A stretch of DNA of 64,000 nucleotides from the NCBI GenBank assembly GCA_947304185.1, contig CAMZAM010000010.1, positions 4,905 through 68,904 on the forward strand, in the 5' to 3' direction. Position numbers and translations under genes: made by a program. The notes under the pieces were generated by a model, which saw only the letters and a list, made by a program, of their open reading frames with translations, had not been told where the DNA came from and made no database searches. Positions 62,680-64,000 of this stretch are shown piece after piece. The stretch is from an uncultured Bacteroidales bacterium (GTDB lineage Bacteria; Bacteroidota; Bacteroidia; Bacteroidales; F082). The number at the start of each line of letters is the position of its first letter. Position 1 is the stretch's first letter.

Positions 62680-63246
62680 TTATAGCTTGTCAATTTCTTT
62701 GCAGAGGTTTGCGAAAATCTCTGAAATTTCACCGACGCCGTTGATTCCGATGAGGTTGCCTTGTTTCTTGTAGTAGTCGAGCACTGGTGCTGTCTTCTCC
62801 TTATATTCCACAAAACGGTGTTTGATAGAGTCGATGTTGTCGTCGGCGCGACCGCTGGTCTTGCCGCGTTCAAGCATACGGGCGATGAGGATGTCTTCAG
62901 GCACCTCGAGACTCAAAACAGCGTTGATTTTCAAAGAGAAACCTTTCATGATCTCATCGAGCATCTCGGCCTGTTTCACCGTGCGTGGGAAGCCGTCGAA
63001 CAAAAATCCTGCCGACTTCAAGTTAGCGCCCACTCTTCCTTTGATGATAGAAACGACGATCTCGTCCGACACCAAGCCGCCTTTGCTGATGATGTCTTTC
63101 ACTTTCTTGCCGATTTCGGTCTCGGCGGCCATCTCTTCGCGAAGTATGTCGCCTGTTGAGAGGTAAGTGAGGTGATATTTTTCCTTAAGTTGTTGTGACT
63201 GAGTGCCTTTGCCAGCACCTGGAGGTCCAAAAAGTATGATATTCAT
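62680..63246 (-). CDS. adk: Adenylate kinase
   Basis: MNIILFGPPGAGKGTQS, and GFLFDGFPRT. Confidence 0.96.
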   Translation of the reverse strand: MNIILFGPPGAGKGTQSQQLKEKYHLTYLSTGDILREEMAAETEIGKKVKDIISKGGLVSDEIVVSIIKGRVGANLKSAGFLFDGFPRTVKQAEMLDEIMKGFSLKINAVLSLEVPEDILIARMLERGKTSGRADDNIDSIKHRFVEYKEKTAPVLDYYKKQGNLIGINGVGEISEIFANLCKEIDKL

Positions 63247-63785
63247 TATTCAACAATTTTATAAATTTCTTTCAGATTTCGTCCGTATTCGTTGTAGTCG
63301 AGGCCATATCCGACGATGAAATCGTTGCCGATATTCATCCCGATGTAGTCGATTTTAAAGTTGAACTTAAACGCGTTCGGCTTGAACATCATCGAAGCAA
63401 TTTTGATGCTCCTCGCACCTTTTTTATTAAGGTCTTTCAGAAGTTCGTTCATGGTGCAGCCTGAGTCGACGATGTCTTCCACGATGACGATGTTACGATC
63501 GCTAATCTTCTCAGCCTCAATGCCTAACAGCTCGTTCATCTGACCCGTACTCTGCGTTCCGACGTACGATTTATACTTCACAAACGCCATCTCGCAAGGC
63601 ATGTCGAGGGTTTTAAAAAGCTCGGCGGCAAACATAAACGCGCCGTTGAGCATGACGAGGAACAGAGGCTCCTTATCAATCATGTCACGCTTGATTTCAG
63701 TGGCGATGCGATGAATTTCTTTTTCAATCTGATCTTGTGGGATAAAAGGAGCGAACTCTTTGTCAGAAACTTTTATGATGCTCAT
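63246..63785 (-). CDS. hpt: Hypoxanthine phosphoribosyltransferase
   Basis: PRPP motif IVIVEDIVDSGCTM. I set the start at ATG 63785 (MSIIKV). The stop overlaps the adk ATG. Confidence 0.9.
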   Translation of the reverse strand: MSIIKVSDKEFAPFIPQDQIEKEIHRIATEIKRDMIDKEPLFLVMLNGAFMFAAELFKTLDMPCEMAFVKYKSYVGTQSTGQMNELLGIEAEKISDRNIVIVEDIVDSGCTMNELLKDLNKKGARSIKIASMMFKPNAFKFNFKIDYIGMNIGNDFIVGYGLDYNEYGRNLKEIYKIVE

Positions 63786-63828
63786 AATCAATCTGTTAGA
63801 TATTTTTGCTAAAAATCGTTAACTTTTG

Positions 63829-63836
63829 CAAATATA
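63829..63836 (-). promoter_or_regulatory. -7 box TATATTTG for hpt-adk
   Basis: Plus strand reads caaatata. It lies 43 nt upstream of ATG 63785. Confidence 0.5.
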
Positions 63837-63849
63837 AAAATTAATTTAG

Positions 63850-63857
63850 TAACTTTG
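63850..63857 (+). promoter_or_regulatory. -7 box TAACTTTG for purE
   Basis: Matches TAnnTTTG, 19 nt upstream of ATG 63877. Confidence 0.55.
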
Positions 63858-63876
63858 CAAAAAATATTTTTTTAGT

Positions 63877-64000
63877 ATGAATCCGTTAGTAAGTGTAATT
63901 ATGGGAAGCACGTCGGACCTTCCTGTTTTGGAGAAGGCTCTGGTCTTTTTCGATGAGATGGAGATTCCGTTCGAGATGAACGCTTTGAGTGCTCATCGCA
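63877..64000 (+). CDS. purE: 5-(carboxyamino)imidazole ribonucleotide mutase, N-terminal fragment (runs off window)
   Basis: Hand translation gives MNPLVSVIMGSTSDLPVLEKALVFFDEMEIPFEMNALSAHR, matching the PurE N-terminus (GS.SD ... SAHR). It is too short to appear in the ORF track. Confidence 0.8.
   Translation, partial: MNPLVSVIMGSTSDLPVLEKALVFFDEMEIPFEMNALSAHR

Noticed and set aside
1-64000. tRNA, rRNA, transposase, integrase, phage or toxin-antitoxin genes; a defence island
   Set aside because: No intergenic region exceeds ~145 nt and none is GC-rich or cloverleaf-like. No ORF shows DDE, tyrosine or serine recombinase, phage or known defence-system motifs. The window reads as core chromosome.

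Overview
Dense chromosomal segment of a Bacteroidota genome, probably an anaerobic Bacteroidales or Prevotella-like organism. That placement is an inference from T9SS genes, TAnnTTTG -7 promoter boxes and a nifJ/pta/ackA/PPi-PFK fermentative gene set. I call about 56 protein-coding genes. By eye I find no rRNA, tRNA, CRISPR array, transposase, integrase or phage genes, so this looks like core chromosome with a few AT-rich accessory surface-protein genes. Housekeeping genes include glyA, MTHFS, nifJ, gcvH, ruvA, pfp, aspartate kinase, deoC, ettA, ackA, pta, rnpA, yidD, cdd, malQ, adk, hpt, purE (partial) and a polyprenyl synthetase. Envelope genes include the T9SS translocon sprA, three T9SS-CTD cargo genes, an alpha-2-macroglobulin/PBP1C pair, lptF/G with two GT4 glycosyltransferases, and TonB. 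The candidates most worth a second look are: (1) an exported Cys/His-rich lipoprotein with a tandem K-H-E-G-C hexapeptide array (13347-13838); (2) a CsgG-like/small lipoprotein/DUF4810/DUF799 operon that runs into nifJ (10253-12642); (3) a tonB/membrane-LytTR/TPR operon coupled through GTG and TTG starts (16330-19862); (4) a porin/Gate-domain transporter/AKR-ferredoxin operon divergent from deoC (33037-36335); (5) short intergenic tandem arrays with 7-nt periodicity at gene junctions (4368-4477, 53097-53153, 54354-54381, 57661-57702), plus inverted 9-mer arrays at 62581-62660. All family calls come from motif recognition by eye, because no searches could be run.
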